A stretch of DNA of 64,000 nt, from contig JAEFAM010000001.1 in the NCBI GenBank assembly GCA_016287565.1, positions 6,947 to 70,946 on the forward strand, in the 5' to 3' direction. Positions 9,681 to 19,916 of this stretch are shown here, in pieces (the stretch's first letter is position 1; the number at the start of each line of letters is the position of its first letter). The notes beneath the pieces are model-generated. The model was not told the origin of the DNA. It saw only the letters and a program-made list of their open reading frames with translations, and searched no databases. Source of the stretch: Clostridia bacterium. Its GTDB lineage: Bacteria > Bacillota > Clostridia > UBA1212 > UBA1255. Both the position numbers and the translations under genes were made by a program.

Positions 9681-11582
9681 ATGAAAAAGACCACTGACGC
9701 GAAATACGCTTTTAGTTCGAGAAACCGGCTGGTTTTCATCTGCGCGCTGGCTGCGGCGCTGGTGCTCATACTTTCGCTGGCGCTGACGGGCTGCTCCAAA
9801 AAGCCCGGCGGAGGCACGGGCAACTATTCCTCCGACCCCGAAAACGCGGATTTCCTCAGCGAGACGAAGCCCGTTTTTTCCGATTTGGGCGGCTTTTTCA
9901 CGGACACGCTCCAGCTGACGATCTCTCTTCCTAAATATTACGAGAACAGCGGCTACGACATCCGCGTGACCTTCAACGGCGCGGAGCCCAGCGGCGGCAG
10001 CGACAAATACAGCGGCCCCATCCATCTGCCCAATGAGTACGCCACGGTCACGGATTTCGACGATCCCAACCAGAACGTGCTGGTGACTGTGGTGCGCGCC
10101 GCCTGCTTCACTCCCGAAAGGCAGCGTGTGGGACAGATCGCCACTGCCACGTTCATACAGGTCAAAAACCCGGACCGCTTCACTATGCCGGTCATCGCCC
10201 TTGCCACCGATTCCAACAATATCGATGGAGCCATGGGCATATTCACACACTCGAGCGGAAAAGGATCCGCCTGGGAGCGCCCGGTATTCGTGCAGTATTT
10301 CGACACGGAGGGCAACCTCTGCCTTTCCCAGGACGCGGGCCTGAGGCTTTTCGGAGGCAGCTCCAGAGGCCTGTCCCAGCGTTCTTTCCGCATCACTGCC
10401 AGGACGACTGATTATTTCAACACTTCGATCTACGACGGCGACACCAAGTTCAGGTACAAGCTTTTCGAAGGGCGGCTGAAGGACAACGGCAAGGAGCTTA
10501 AGTCCTACGACAGCTTCGTCCTCCGCAACGGCGGCAACGATTCGCTCCTGACCCCTACGGAACCGTTCCGGGCAACGTTTATGCGCGACGGCCTTTCCGC
10601 CCTGGTCGCCCAGGAGGCCGCTCCCGAGATCCTCAATATGAACTACAAGCCCGTCATAGTGTTCCTGAACGGCGAATACTACGGCATCCTCAATATGCGC
10701 GAGCACCAGAACGACAATATGGTGCGGAACGTGTACGACATCGACGACAAGGAAAACATCACGATAATTTCTTCGGAGCTTGACACCTCCAGAGGCGGAC
10801 GTTACGACGGCACCTGGTTCTATTACGACCAGGACAGCGGCCCCGACGGGGAGCTCAGGGAGTACGAGCAGCTGTTGTCCGACGTGATCGACGGAAAACT
10901 GACCTACGACGAAGTTGCCGCGCAGATCGATCTGGACAATTTCTTGAAATTCTGCGCCGTTAACCTTTTCCTGTGCAACACCGACTGGCCGCACAACAAC
11001 ATCAAGGTCTGGCGCTACAGCGGCGAGCAGGGCGACGGAGTCCGGGACGGAAAATGGCGCTATATGTTCAAGGACCTTGACCTGGGCCTGAGCCGCTACA
11101 CCTGCGGCAAGATCGACGGCTACCCCATCGAGCTGTACACCAGGGCGGATTCAAAGAACTTCCGGCTGATGCTGCACAATTATATCGAGTACGACGAGGC
11201 CGGCGGCTATCCGGACATCTCCGTGAACTCCTATCCGGACTCTACGAAACTGCAGGGCCTGCTGGCTTTCTGCCTTAAAGATCAGGGTTTCCGCACCAGA
11301 TTCGCGGATTATTGCAAGAAACTGGCAACGGAGATCTGGCCCGTGGACAAGCTGGAGAAACTCATCAACGACGCCTATAACGTGCTTAAGCCCGAGATGC
11401 GCAACTATATGAACAAACAGTATTTCGGAGGCTGGCAGTTCTCAATAACCACCACGCTGGAAGACTGGGAAAGCGCCGTGTTGTCCGGCCCAGATTCCCT
11501 GATAGTATGGGCAAAAGCCCGGTCCGGCGCGGATGGCGAGTTTATGAAGCAGGTCGATGAACTGATGGCGAAATTTGATTGA
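9681..11582 (+). CDS. CotH-family (spore-coat kinase-like) lipoprotein
   Basis: The ATG at 9681 is preferred over the GTG at 9672. The signal peptide ends in the lipobox LALTGC. CotH-like blocks are present: FVLRNGGNDS, YYGILNMREH, CNTDWPHNNIKVWRY. Confidence 0.8.
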   Translation: MKKTTDAKYAFSSRNRLVFICALAAALVLILSLALTGCSKKPGGGTGNYSSDPENADFLSETKPVFSDLGGFFTDTLQLTISLPKYYENSGYDIRVTFNGAEPSGGSDKYSGPIHLPNEYATVTDFDDPNQNVLVTVVRAACFTPERQRVGQIATATFIQVKNPDRFTMPVIALATDSNNIDGAMGIFTHSSGKGSAWERPVFVQYFDTEGNLCLSQDAGLRLFGGSSRGLSQRSFRITARTTDYFNTSIYDGDTKFRYKLFEGRLKDNGKELKSYDSFVLRNGGNDSLLTPTEPFRATFMRDGLSALVAQEAAPEILNMNYKPVIVFLNGEYYGILNMREHQNDNMVRNVYDIDDKENITIISSELDTSRGGRYDGTWFYYDQDSGPDGELREYEQLLSDVIDGKLTYDEVAAQIDLDNFLKFCAVNLFLCNTDWPHNNIKVWRYSGEQGDGVRDGKWRYMFKDLDLGLSRYTCGKIDGYPIELYTRADSKNFRLMLHNYIEYDEAGGYPDISVNSYPDSTKLQGLLAFCLKDQGFRTRFADYCKKLATEIWPVDKLEKLINDAYNVLKPEMRNYMNKQYFGGWQFSITTTLEDWESAVLSGPDSLIVWAKARSGADGEFMKQVDELMAKFD

Positions 11583-11632
11583 CCGGGACCGTCGATAAAC
11601 GGCCGGACGGATGGCCGGCAGGCGGTCAACTT

Positions 11633-13852
11633 TCAGTTGTTCGTTCCGTTTGAATTATTTGTTTTATCTTCGTAGGGCTCAAACACCAGCGACTGCCAGC
11701 CGTAACGGTATCCGCTGAAGGTCTGATGCCCTATATCTGTATCCGCGTGAAAATACGCGTCGAAGATCTTGCCGGCCGCCGGTGAAGCGTTGCTGCCTGA
11801 GGAACCGTGCTCGATCAATACCGAAACGGCTATTTCGGGAGAGGATGCCGGTCCGTAGCAGATGAAAACGGAATGGGAGCTCTCTCCGAAGGCCTCCATA
11901 CCGGTCTCGGGCGTTCCGGTCTTGGCGCAGACGAAACCCTCCGGGAAGCTCTTGAAAGCCGCCGAAACGTTGTTGTTTTGCTTGACCATCTCCGTCATTC
12001 CCTCTTTTACCAGACCCAGTGCCCAGGCGCTGGCGCCCGTGTGCGTGCGCTGAAGATTGACCTCCGCGTCAGTGTAGACCTCCTCGCCGCCGGCATTTAA
12101 TACTTTTGAAATGACGTGAGGCGTGTTCAGGTATCCCCCGTTGGACAGCGCCGCGGCGTAATTGCTGAGCTGCAGAGGCGTAAACAGCGTGTAGAGCTGG
12201 CCGATGGAAGACTGGGCCGTGTCAGAATCGCTCCATACGTGGTAGATATCTTTTTCACGAAGCTTCATTGTTGCGGGATTGCTGCGGCAGCCTGCGTACT
12301 CCGAGATCTCGATGCCGGTTTTTTCGCCCAGGCCGAAGGCCTTCGCCCATTGATCTATGGTATCGATGCCCGTTTCGATGCCCACGGTATAGAAATACAC
12401 GTTGCAGGACTTGGCCAGCGCGGTGATCAGCGAGACCTTGCCGTGCCTGCTGAGGCAGGAGTGTATGCGGCCGCTGATGGTCATCTTTTTCTGGCATTCC
12501 ACCACCGTTTTGGAGGTGATGGTGCCGCTGTCGAGCGCCGCGATGGATATGAGCGGTTTTATGGTGGATCCTATGGGGTACAGCCCCTGGGTGGCCCGGT
12601 TCAGCACCGGAGACGTGGGATCCTGAAACAGATCGACTATGGCCTGCTGGGCGGCGCTGTCGGTAGACGGGGCAACAAAAATGTTGTTGTCGTAGTAGGG
12701 GTAGCTGGCAATGGCAAGTATCTCCCCCGTTTTTACGTTTTCCACCACCGCCGCGGCCGCGCAGGCGTCACCGAAATTCTTCACGCCGTCTTTCATGGCA
12801 ACGATGTCGGCGATCGTTTCTTCGAGTATCTGCATCGTCTTGCTCTGCAGCGAATAATCCACCGTCAGATAGACGTCGGACCCCGCCACCGGAGGCGTGT
12901 AGGACAGCGTCTTTATGATCCCGTCGGCGTCCCTGTAGACGACTCTGGTGCCGTTGACGCCCTTCAGATACTCCTCCGCCGCCTTTTCGACGCCGGTCTT
13001 GCCGATTATATCGTCCCTGGAATAACCCTTGTCCCTGAGCGCCTCGTACTCCTCCTGGCTGATGGCATGCACGTACCCTATTATGTGGCTGGCGTACGCG
13101 TCGTCAACGTACACCCGGTAGTACACTTCTTCCGTGGAGATCCCGGGAAATTCGTAGCTGTGCGCCGTCAGATATTCCATCGTCTCCTTGCACGCGTCCG
13201 AGGCCAGTTCCATCGGCGTCAATGAACTCAGTCCGTACGTGAAGGTGGCGTAGCGGATGATCATTATCTTGTACGCATCTTCCACGGAATATTCTTCGGA
13301 GATCTTCAGGACCTGGTCTTTCAGGTAGTAAAACGCGTCTTCCGCCGTAACGATGCTGTCCCGGTCGGATTTTTTCCGGCCGCTCACCAGGTTGTTTATC
13401 CAGTTGCCGCGCTGGGCTTCCTTCTCCTCTCCCGCCAGGGACGAGCCCCATTGCAGGTCGGGAGTTATGTATCTCTTAAGATAGTTCGTGTAGGTGTCGT
13501 TGTTGGATTCCAGCAGGTTTATAAGGCGCAGGTACATATCGTCCCGGAAGGCCTGTTCGTCGGGCGTGTTGACCATGTCCACGCGGTATGCGGTGCGGGT
13601 GGTGGCCAGCAGCACGCCGTTGCAGTCGTAGATATTGCCCCGGCGGGCCTTTACGGTGATCTCCGCCGTTGTCATGACCGTTTCCGCGGCTTTCTGCTTG
13701 TATTCGTCTCCGTTTACGATCTGGATACTGTAAAGGCGCCATACGAGAATGCCAAAGGCCACCGCCACCAGCAGCCCCACGTAAGTGTTCCTGCTGCGGA
13801 AGAAGTCTTTCAGGTGGTCCCTTATTCCCTTGAATTCCACGTCATTGCGCAT
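11633..13852 (-). CDS. mrdA: Penicillin-binding protein 2 (elongasome transpeptidase)
   Basis: It has an N-terminal TM anchor and the motifs STIKP, SCN (KSCNVYFY) and KTGT. It lies directly downstream of mreBCD. Confidence 0.88.
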   Translation of the reverse strand: MRNDVEFKGIRDHLKDFFRSRNTYVGLLVAVAFGILVWRLYSIQIVNGDEYKQKAAETVMTTAEITVKARRGNIYDCNGVLLATTRTAYRVDMVNTPDEQAFRDDMYLRLINLLESNNDTYTNYLKRYITPDLQWGSSLAGEEKEAQRGNWINNLVSGRKKSDRDSIVTAEDAFYYLKDQVLKISEEYSVEDAYKIMIIRYATFTYGLSSLTPMELASDACKETMEYLTAHSYEFPGISTEEVYYRVYVDDAYASHIIGYVHAISQEEYEALRDKGYSRDDIIGKTGVEKAAEEYLKGVNGTRVVYRDADGIIKTLSYTPPVAGSDVYLTVDYSLQSKTMQILEETIADIVAMKDGVKNFGDACAAAAVVENVKTGEILAIASYPYYDNNIFVAPSTDSAAQQAIVDLFQDPTSPVLNRATQGLYPIGSTIKPLISIAALDSGTITSKTVVECQKKMTISGRIHSCLSRHGKVSLITALAKSCNVYFYTVGIETGIDTIDQWAKAFGLGEKTGIEISEYAGCRSNPATMKLREKDIYHVWSDSDTAQSSIGQLYTLFTPLQLSNYAAALSNGGYLNTPHVISKVLNAGGEEVYTDAEVNLQRTHTGASAWALGLVKEGMTEMVKQNNNVSAAFKSFPEGFVCAKTGTPETGMEAFGESSHSVFICYGPASSPEIAVSVLIEHGSSGSNASPAAGKIFDAYFHADTDIGHQTFSGYRYGWQSLVFEPYEDKTNNSNGTNN

Positions 13853-14429
13853 TGTCTATAACGATATCCTTTTCTCTGCGGTAATTGATATCGGGCCGCG
13901 GCCTCCGGATGCGCAGGAACAGCAGCATTATCAGATAGAACAGCACGCACACCAGAAGGCTGTACGCGGCTCCGGGCAATATCCGTACGGCGAAATGTTC
14001 TCCGTACCCGTAATTGTACAGTTCTCCTCCTCCGGCAACGTACACCGCGAAAAACCGCACGATAAAGCTTTCGGCGATCTCGTATACCAGCATCAGCGGC
14101 GGCAACGCGGCCAGCCCCAGCCATTTGTTCTTTTCCATCAGTTTCCCGATGACCAGCGACGCCGCCCAGCTGACCGTGAGGTACAGGAACGTATATATCC
14201 CCACGTACCTGCCGTACACCACGTCCATGTAGAATCCGGCAAGGAAGCCCGTGATCCCGGCCCTCAGTATGTCCGTCCTGGCGGCAAGTATGACCACGAA
14301 GCACATCACCAGCTCCGGCTTGCAGTCGAAGAATTTCAGCCGGTCGAAAAAGCCCGCCTGGATCAGCCCCAGCAGGAACACCGCCAGCGCCGTCAACCCT
14401 ATTCTAAGCAGTTCTTTGCGGACTCTCAT
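13842..14429 (-). CDS. mreD: Rod shape-determining protein MreD
   Basis: Small polytopic membrane protein in the mreB-mreC-mreD position, overlapping both neighbours. Confidence 0.8.
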   Translation of the reverse strand: MRVRKELLRIGLTALAVFLLGLIQAGFFDRLKFFDCKPELVMCFVVILAARTDILRAGITGFLAGFYMDVVYGRYVGIYTFLYLTVSWAASLVIGKLMEKNKWLGLAALPPLMLVYEIAESFIVRFFAVYVAGGGELYNYGYGEHFAVRILPGAAYSLLVCVLFYLIMLLFLRIRRPRPDINYRREKDIVIDNAQ

Positions 14430-15292
14430 TATTCTTCGTGCTCCACTTGCTCCGGCTGGTCTGTATTGCCGTTTTCCAAGGGCACCAGCACGGTGACCGT
14501 CGTCAGGGACGTGAAATTGACGTCGGACCTGACTGTGGCGTATCTGTTGCCGTCTTCGTCCGTGCCTGTTTCGATCACGGTCCCCACCACTATTCCGGGG
14601 GGATATACGTCGCCGCTGTCGGCGGTGATGATCACGTCGCCTACGTAGATGGCCGCGTTTTTGGATATCCTGTCAGCCACCAGCCCGGCGGTAAAATTCT
14701 CGTTGGTGGTGCCGCGGACCCGGAGGAGCTCGTCGTTCCTCTTTATCCGGCACATAAGTTCGCTTCTCTCGTCGATGATGCAGCGCACTTTGGAACTGTT
14801 GTACCCTGCGTTGTACACGAGACCCACCAGCCCGTAAGACGTGATAACAACGGTGCCGTTCTTCACGCCGTCACGGGTGCCCAGGTCGATGGTAAATTCG
14901 TTGAACCAGTCAGTAATGTCCTTCGTGATGACGGAGGCCTTTATCAGCTGGTATTCCCTCAAGTTCTCTTTAAGATCGAGCAGCCGCCTGAGTTCCTCGT
15001 TTTCCGCCTCGAACCCGGACAGCTCCTTGTTTTCCTGCCTGAGCGCCTCGTTTTCGTCCTTGAGCCGCTGAATCTCTTCCTTAATGGCAGAGTACTCGCG
15101 CATAACGGAGATACGCTCTCCGATGGCATTGCCCAGCTGGGTAAACCCTTTCTGCACCGACCTGACGGGAGCGCCAAGCAGGTGGAAAAAGCCGTCAAGC
15201 TTGTTCGAGGCCGCAGAAATGAAAGCCAGCCCTATGCTGACGATCGTCAGAGCGATCAATATGAATACTGCGATCTTTTTCTTCCTTGACAT
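14429..15292 (-). CDS. mreC: Rod shape-determining protein MreC
   Basis: N-terminal TM helix, a coiled-coil (EEIQRLKDENEALRQENKEL) and a beta-rich C-terminus, in syntenic position. Confidence 0.88.
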   Translation of the reverse strand: MSRKKKIAVFILIALTIVSIGLAFISAASNKLDGFFHLLGAPVRSVQKGFTQLGNAIGERISVMREYSAIKEEIQRLKDENEALRQENKELSGFEAENEELRRLLDLKENLREYQLIKASVITKDITDWFNEFTIDLGTRDGVKNGTVVITSYGLVGLVYNAGYNSSKVRCIIDERSELMCRIKRNDELLRVRGTTNENFTAGLVADRISKNAAIYVGDVIITADSGDVYPPGIVVGTVIETGTDEDGNRYATVRSDVNFTSLTTVTVLVPLENGNTDQPEQVEHEE

Positions 15293-15328
15293 ACCGTCCC
15301 GAACCGCTTTTCAGAGAGCCCCTCCGGC

Positions 15329-16345
15329 TCAGATCCCCATATTCCTGTTTTTGTATATCAATCTGCGGAGCGACGCGTTCTCCAGGCACTTTCCGGCGCC
15401 CAGCGCCACGCAGTCCATGGGCTTTTCCGCGACGGTCACGGGGATGCCCGTCTCCATCTTGATCCTACGGTCAAGGCCGCTCAGGAGCGCTCCTCCTCCG
15501 GACAACGTGATGCCTCTGTCCATTACGTCGGAAGCCAGCTCCGGAGGCGTCTCCTCCAGCGACTCTTTTATGGCGGCAACGATGGTATTGACCGGTTCGC
15601 CGATGGCTTCCAGCACTTCAGAAGAAGTTATCTTGATGTTTTTTGGAAGCCCGGTCTTGAGATCCCGGCCTTTGACCTCCATATATTCTTCCTGGGGCTT
15701 CGGATACGCGGCGCCGATGGTGCATTTGATCTCTTCGGCGGTGAGGTCGCCGATCAGCAGGCTTCTTTCCCGCTTTACGTAGTTGATAATGGCCTCGTCA
15801 AGGGCATCTCCAGCGGCTCTGAGGGATTTGCACAGCACCACGCCTCCCGCGGACAGCACGGCAACTTCCGCCGTTCCGCCGCCTATATCCACGATCATCT
15901 TGCCCGCGGATTCGGTGATGTCCACTCCCGCACCGATGGCCGCCAATACAGGCTCTTCGAAGAGGATCGGATGCTTTTTGGAACCCGCCTTCTCCGTTGC
16001 CTGCTCCACCGCCATATATTCCACTTCCGTAACGCCGGAGGGAACGCTTATGATGATGTTGGACTTGCCCGCGCCCGCCGCGCTCTGCGCCTTTTTAAGC
16101 ACCGCTCTTATGAGCCGCTCCGCCATATCGTAATCGGCAATGACGCCTTCTCTTATAGGTCGCACCGATTCGATGCTGGCAGGCGTCCGGCCCAGCATTT
16201 TCTTGGCCGGAGTGCCCACGGCAACGACTTCGCCCGTGTTTTTGTTGACGGCGACCACCGAAGGCTCCCGAATCACGATCCCTTTGCCCTTCAGGTAGAC
16301 AACTATGTTCGCCGTTCCCAGATCGATACCAATATCTCTTGCCAC
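15329..16345 (-). CDS. mreB: Actin-like rod shape protein MreB
   Basis: MARDIGIDLGTANIVVY..., DIGGGTAEVAV and GGGALLSGLD actin-fold motifs. Confidence 0.95.
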   Translation of the reverse strand: MARDIGIDLGTANIVVYLKGKGIVIREPSVVAVNKNTGEVVAVGTPAKKMLGRTPASIESVRPIREGVIADYDMAERLIRAVLKKAQSAAGAGKSNIIISVPSGVTEVEYMAVEQATEKAGSKKHPILFEEPVLAAIGAGVDITESAGKMIVDIGGGTAEVAVLSAGGVVLCKSLRAAGDALDEAIINYVKRERSLLIGDLTAEEIKCTIGAAYPKPQEEYMEVKGRDLKTGLPKNIKITSSEVLEAIGEPVNTIVAAIKESLEETPPELASDVMDRGITLSGGGALLSGLDRRIKMETGIPVTVAEKPMDCVALGAGKCLENASLRRLIYKNRNMGI

Positions 16346-16347
16346 TT

Positions 16348-17076
16348 TTATCCTGCCCTTTCGGATAATTCTGCCGTTCCTTCCAGCCTCTGCATATCTC
16401 CGCTGTCGAAAAAGCTGTAGTAGACGTTGTCGCCGAAGATCAGATGATCCACGACTTCTATCCCTATTATCTTTCCTGCAGAGATCAGCCTTTTGGTCAT
16501 CAGATAATCGTCCCGGCTGGGACTGCAGTCCCCCGTAGGATGATTATGCATAAGGATCACCGTCTCTGCCTTGCCCGCTATGGCCGCCCTGAAGACCTCT
16601 TTGGGGTCCACGATGGCCCTGTTGGAGGAGCCCAGCGCTACGGTCTCGTCTCTTATGATCCGCGACCTCGTGTCGAGAAGCACCACCCGGAACTGTTCCT
16701 GGGACGATCTCATCTCGGCCATATAAAGGTCCGCCACCTGCTCCGTGCGTGTTATCTGCGCTTTTTTCATCCGGCTTTCGAGGATGGCCCTTTTTCCCAG
16801 TTCAAAAGCGCTTCTTATGGCGATCGCCTTGACTTTTCCCACCCCGCTGACCTCGGACAACCGCTCCAGGCTCGCTTCTCCGATGCCCCGGAGCCCTCCG
16901 AACCCGACCAGCAGTTTTCCGGCAACGTCGAGCGCGGTGTTTTCTCTCGTTCCCGTCCTTATCAGCACCGCAAGCAGTTCCGCATCGGACAATCTCTCTT
17001 CTCCCAGCGCTTCCGCTCTTTCATAGGGTCTCAGTTCCCTGGGCAGGCTGCGCATGGTAGCTCTTTCGTCTTTCAT
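16348..17076 (-). CDS. radC: RadC-family JAB-domain protein
   Basis: HhH-like N-terminus and the JAMM motif HNHPTGDCSPSRDD, upstream of mreB as in many Firmicutes. Confidence 0.9.
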   Translation of the reverse strand: MKDERATMRSLPRELRPYERAEALGEERLSDAELLAVLIRTGTRENTALDVAGKLLVGFGGLRGIGEASLERLSEVSGVGKVKAIAIRSAFELGKRAILESRMKKAQITRTEQVADLYMAEMRSSQEQFRVVLLDTRSRIIRDETVALGSSNRAIVDPKEVFRAAIAGKAETVILMHNHPTGDCSPSRDDYLMTKRLISAGKIIGIEVVDHLIFGDNVYYSFFDSGDMQRLEGTAELSERAG

Positions 17077-17234
17077 TTTTCCCTCCGGTCCGACCTGTCC
17101 GGAGGAACCCTCCCGCCCCGATACGGTTTTCGGGGTGAGAGAGAGTATATCATTTTTCCGGAGGAAAACTCAAGGAAAATCGCTTTTCCCGTTATTTCCC
17201 GGAGTTTTCGGAAATTCGCAGATATTTCCCGGCC

Positions 17235-17248
17235 ATTTCCCGGGAAAT
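17235..17248. promoter_or_regulatory. Noc-binding-site (NBS)-type palindrome ATTTCCCGGGAAAT
   Basis: This is a perfect 14-bp palindrome identical to the published B. subtilis NBS consensus. Left-half copies tATTTCCCGG lie at 17193-17202 and 17223-17232, and ATTCCGGAAT at 17249-17258. All sit in the fhs-radC non-coding spacer. Confidence 0.6.
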
Positions 17249-17263
17249 ATTCCGGAATCGCCG

Positions 17264-18943
17264 TCAAAAAAGCCCGGATATCACGCCGTTGGAATCCACG
17301 TCGATCTTCTCCGCCGCCGGAACTCTCGGCAGCCCGGGCATCGTCATAATGTCGCCGGTCAGCACGACCACGAATCCCGCTCCCGCGGACACTTTCACGT
17401 TCCTTACGGTCACCGTAAAGTTCTCCGGAGCGCCAAGTTTCGCCGGATCGTCGCTGAAACTGTATTGCGTCTTGGCCATACATACAGGCAGTTTGCCGTA
17501 GCCCAGCTCCTCCAGCCTGTCGATCTGCTTCTGGGCGGCCGCCAGCACGGAGATGCCGCTTCCGCCGTAGACTCTTTTAACGATGGCTTCGATCTTCTCC
17601 CTGATACCGGCGTCCAGGTCGTAGGAGAAGGTGAATTCTTCGTTGACGCCTGACTCGCAAAGCCTCACCACTTCCCTGGCCAGCGCCTCGCCGCCCTTGC
17701 CGCCTTCCGCCCATACGGTGGAGAGAATGGTATTGACGCCGAGTTCGCGGCATTTCTTGATGATAAACTCGATCTCGTTGTCCGTGTCGGTGGGGAATCT
17801 GTTGACCGCCACCACGCAGGGCCTGTGGTACACGTTCCGGATGTTGGAAACGTGGCGCAGCAGGTTGGGGATGCCTTTTTCCAGCGCTCCCAGGTCCTCT
17901 TCGGCCAGGGCGGCCTTGGGTTTTCCGCCGTGCATCTTAAGGGCCCGGACGGTTGCCACCACCACTACGGCGTCGGGTCTCAGCCCGGCGGTCCTGCATT
18001 TTATGTCAAGGAATTTTTCCGCGCCCAGGTCTGCGCCGAAGCCTGCCTCGGTAACGGTGTAATCACCCATTTTAAGCGCCGTTCTGGTGGCGATAACGGA
18101 ATTGCAGCCGTGGGCAATATTGGCGAACGGTCCTCCGTGCACGAAGGCAGGGGTCCCCTCCAGCGTCTGGACCAGATTGGGCTTCAGGGCGTCCTTCAGC
18201 AGCGCGGTCATGGCGCCCACGGCCTTCAGATCCGCTGCGGTCACGGGCCGGTCGTCATAAGTGTATCCCACGATTATCCTGCCCAGCCTGAGCTTCAGGT
18301 CGTCGATGGATTCCGCAAGGCAGAACACGGCCATGATCTCGCTGGCAACGGTGATGTCGAACCCGTCTTCCCGGGCAAAGCCGTTGGCCTTTCCGCCCAG
18401 ACCGTCAACTATGTTTCGAAGCTGCCTGTCGTTCATGTCCACGCATCTGCGCCAGGTGATCTTCCTGGGATCGATGCCCAGCGCGTTGCCCTGGTGGATG
18501 TGGTTGTCCAGTATGGCAGCCAGAAGGTTGTTGGCCGCTCCGATGGCGTGGAAATCGCCGGTAAAGTGAAGGTTTATGTCCTCCATCGGCACCACCTGGG
18601 CATATCCGCCTCCCGCGGCGCCGCCTTTGACGCCGAAGACCGGTCCCAGGGACGGTTCGCGAAGGGCCACCGTGACCTTTTTACCTATCCTCGAAAGGCC
18701 GTCGGCCAGACCGATGGTAGTGGTGGTCTTTCCCTCTCCCGCCGGCGTAGGCGTTATGGCCGTAACGAGCACCAGTCTGCCGTCCTTGCGCCCGGCGTCG
18801 TTCATGAAAGAAAGGTCGATCTTCGCCTTGTATTTCCCGTACGGCTCTACCGCATCCGCCGGTATGCCCGCCTTTTCCGCGATCTCATAGATCGGTCTCA
18901 TTTTGCACTGCTGCGCGATCTCGATGTCACTTAAATAGCCCAT
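17264..18943 (-). CDS. fhs: Formate--tetrahydrofolate ligase
   Basis: [11 protein letters not shown]..., [14 protein letters not shown], full length of about 559 aa. Confidence 0.95.
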   Translation of the reverse strand: MGYLSDIEIAQQCKMRPIYEIAEKAGIPADAVEPYGKYKAKIDLSFMNDAGRKDGRLVLVTAITPTPAGEGKTTTTIGLADGLSRIGKKVTVALREPSLGPVFGVKGGAAGGGYAQVVPMEDINLHFTGDFHAIGAANNLLAAILDNHIHQGNALGIDPRKITWRRCVDMNDRQLRNIVDGLGGKANGFAREDGFDITVASEIMAVFCLAESIDDLKLRLGRIIVGYTYDDRPVTAADLKAVGAMTALLKDALKPNLVQTLEGTPAFVHGGPFANIAHGCNSVIATRTALKMGDYTVTEAGFGADLGAEKFLDIKCRTAGLRPDAVVVVATVRALKMHGGKPKAALAEEDLGALEKGIPNLLRHVSNIRNVYHRPCVVAVNRFPTDTDNEIEFIIKKCRELGVNTILSTVWAEGGKGGEALAREVVRLCESGVNEEFTFSYDLDAGIREKIEAIVKRVYGGSGISVLAAAQKQIDRLEELGYGKLPVCMAKTQYSFSDDPAKLGAPENFTVTVRNVKVSAGAGFVVVLTGDIMTMPGLPRVPAAEKIDVDSNGVISGLF

Positions 18944-18976
18944 CTTAAAACTCCCCCTGCTGCTGTTTTTTATCTG

Positions 18977-19903
18977 TCACGACTGATTTTTATCTTTATC
19001 CGTGTCTCTGCGCCAATAAAACAAATATTGCTGCGCATACCCTCCGTATTTAGGAAAATGCTCTTTTACGAAATCCTGCACTTCCCGCACCGACGGACCG
19101 CCTTCCGGGCAGGCCTCTCCCGGCTCCGAAAAATACAGCTCTCCGATAAGCCTCCGCACCCACACGTCAACAGGAAAACTGTCAAAATCTTTTCCCGTAA
19201 ACAGGCTGACGCAGGCGGCGACTTTCGGTCCAACGCCTATATAGGTCTCCGGCCGGTCAATATCTCCGCCCCGCTCGATATATTGACGCGCCGCCTTCAC
19301 GATGTAAGGGCATCTGTACCCCGCGTGGCACGTTTCCGACACTTCTTCGGGGGTCAACGCGGCCAGCGCTTCCGACTCGGGAAACGCGTACAGCGTCTCG
19401 CCGTTGTCAGGATCGACTCCGATCGCCCTGCCGTATTTCCTGCAAAGCGCCTCGATGCACTTGCTGATGCGGGGAATATTGTTGTTGGCCGAGATTATGA
19501 ACGAGATCAGCGTCTCGAAGGGCTCCTGCCTTAAAAGCCTAATCCCCGAACCGTACTCCGCGGCCTTTTTAAGGTTCTCGTCGGTGCCGCCAAGGTACTC
19601 CTTGATGACGCCGTAATCCGTATCCAGGTCGAAATAATTCCTCCAGAACCTGCCGAGCCCGGCTTCCCCTGCTGCCGCACCGGCGCCGCTGTCGCCTCCT
19701 CCGCAGCTCTCTTCTCCGGGATCACGCACGTCGCCCGCCGCGGCGATAAAGCCCCCCGGCAGTCCGGACCTGATCTTCAGGAACCGGCCTCCGGCAACGC
19801 CTTTCCACCATTCTCCGTCTTTTTTCCAGCGAAAACACTGGCCGCAGGTGAAAATCTGCCTGCAGTCGAAATCCGCAGCCCGGAAAAGTATCTCTCCGTT
19901 CAT
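18977..19903 (-). CDS. ogg: 8-oxoguanine DNA glycosylase / HhH-GPD family N-glycosylase-lyase
   Basis: It has an OGG-type N-terminal domain (CGQCFRWKK) and the HhH-GPD motif GVGPKVAACVSLF ... PVDVWVRR. The ATG at 19903 is preferred over the TTG at 19930 because it has a GAGGA RBS and does not overlap the upstream stop. Confidence 0.8.
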   Translation of the reverse strand: MNGEILFRAADFDCRQIFTCGQCFRWKKDGEWWKGVAGGRFLKIRSGLPGGFIAAAGDVRDPGEESCGGGDSGAGAAAGEAGLGRFWRNYFDLDTDYGVIKEYLGGTDENLKKAAEYGSGIRLLRQEPFETLISFIISANNNIPRISKCIEALCRKYGRAIGVDPDNGETLYAFPESEALAALTPEEVSETCHAGYRCPYIVKAARQYIERGGDIDRPETYIGVGPKVAACVSLFTGKDFDSFPVDVWVRRLIGELYFSEPGEACPEGGPSVREVQDFVKEHFPKYGGYAQQYLFYWRRDTDKDKNQS

Positions 19904-19916
19904 CTTGTTTCCGTCC

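Noticed and set aside
8397-10994. 865-aa minus-strand ORF
   Set aside because: It is antisense to the transglutaminase-like and CotH genes and has no motifs or RBS. It is a GC-bias artefact.
12116-13225. 369-aa plus-strand ORF, and similar long antisense ORFs at 17825-18934, 39103-40113, 41712-42650, 46147-47277, 50256-51545, 51824-53071, 60279-61832 and 62261-63262
   Set aside because: Each lies opposite a gene with unambiguous family motifs (mrdA, fhs, dnaN, gyrB, serS, mfd, pckG, rbsK fusion, trehalase-like). None shows motifs or translation signals.
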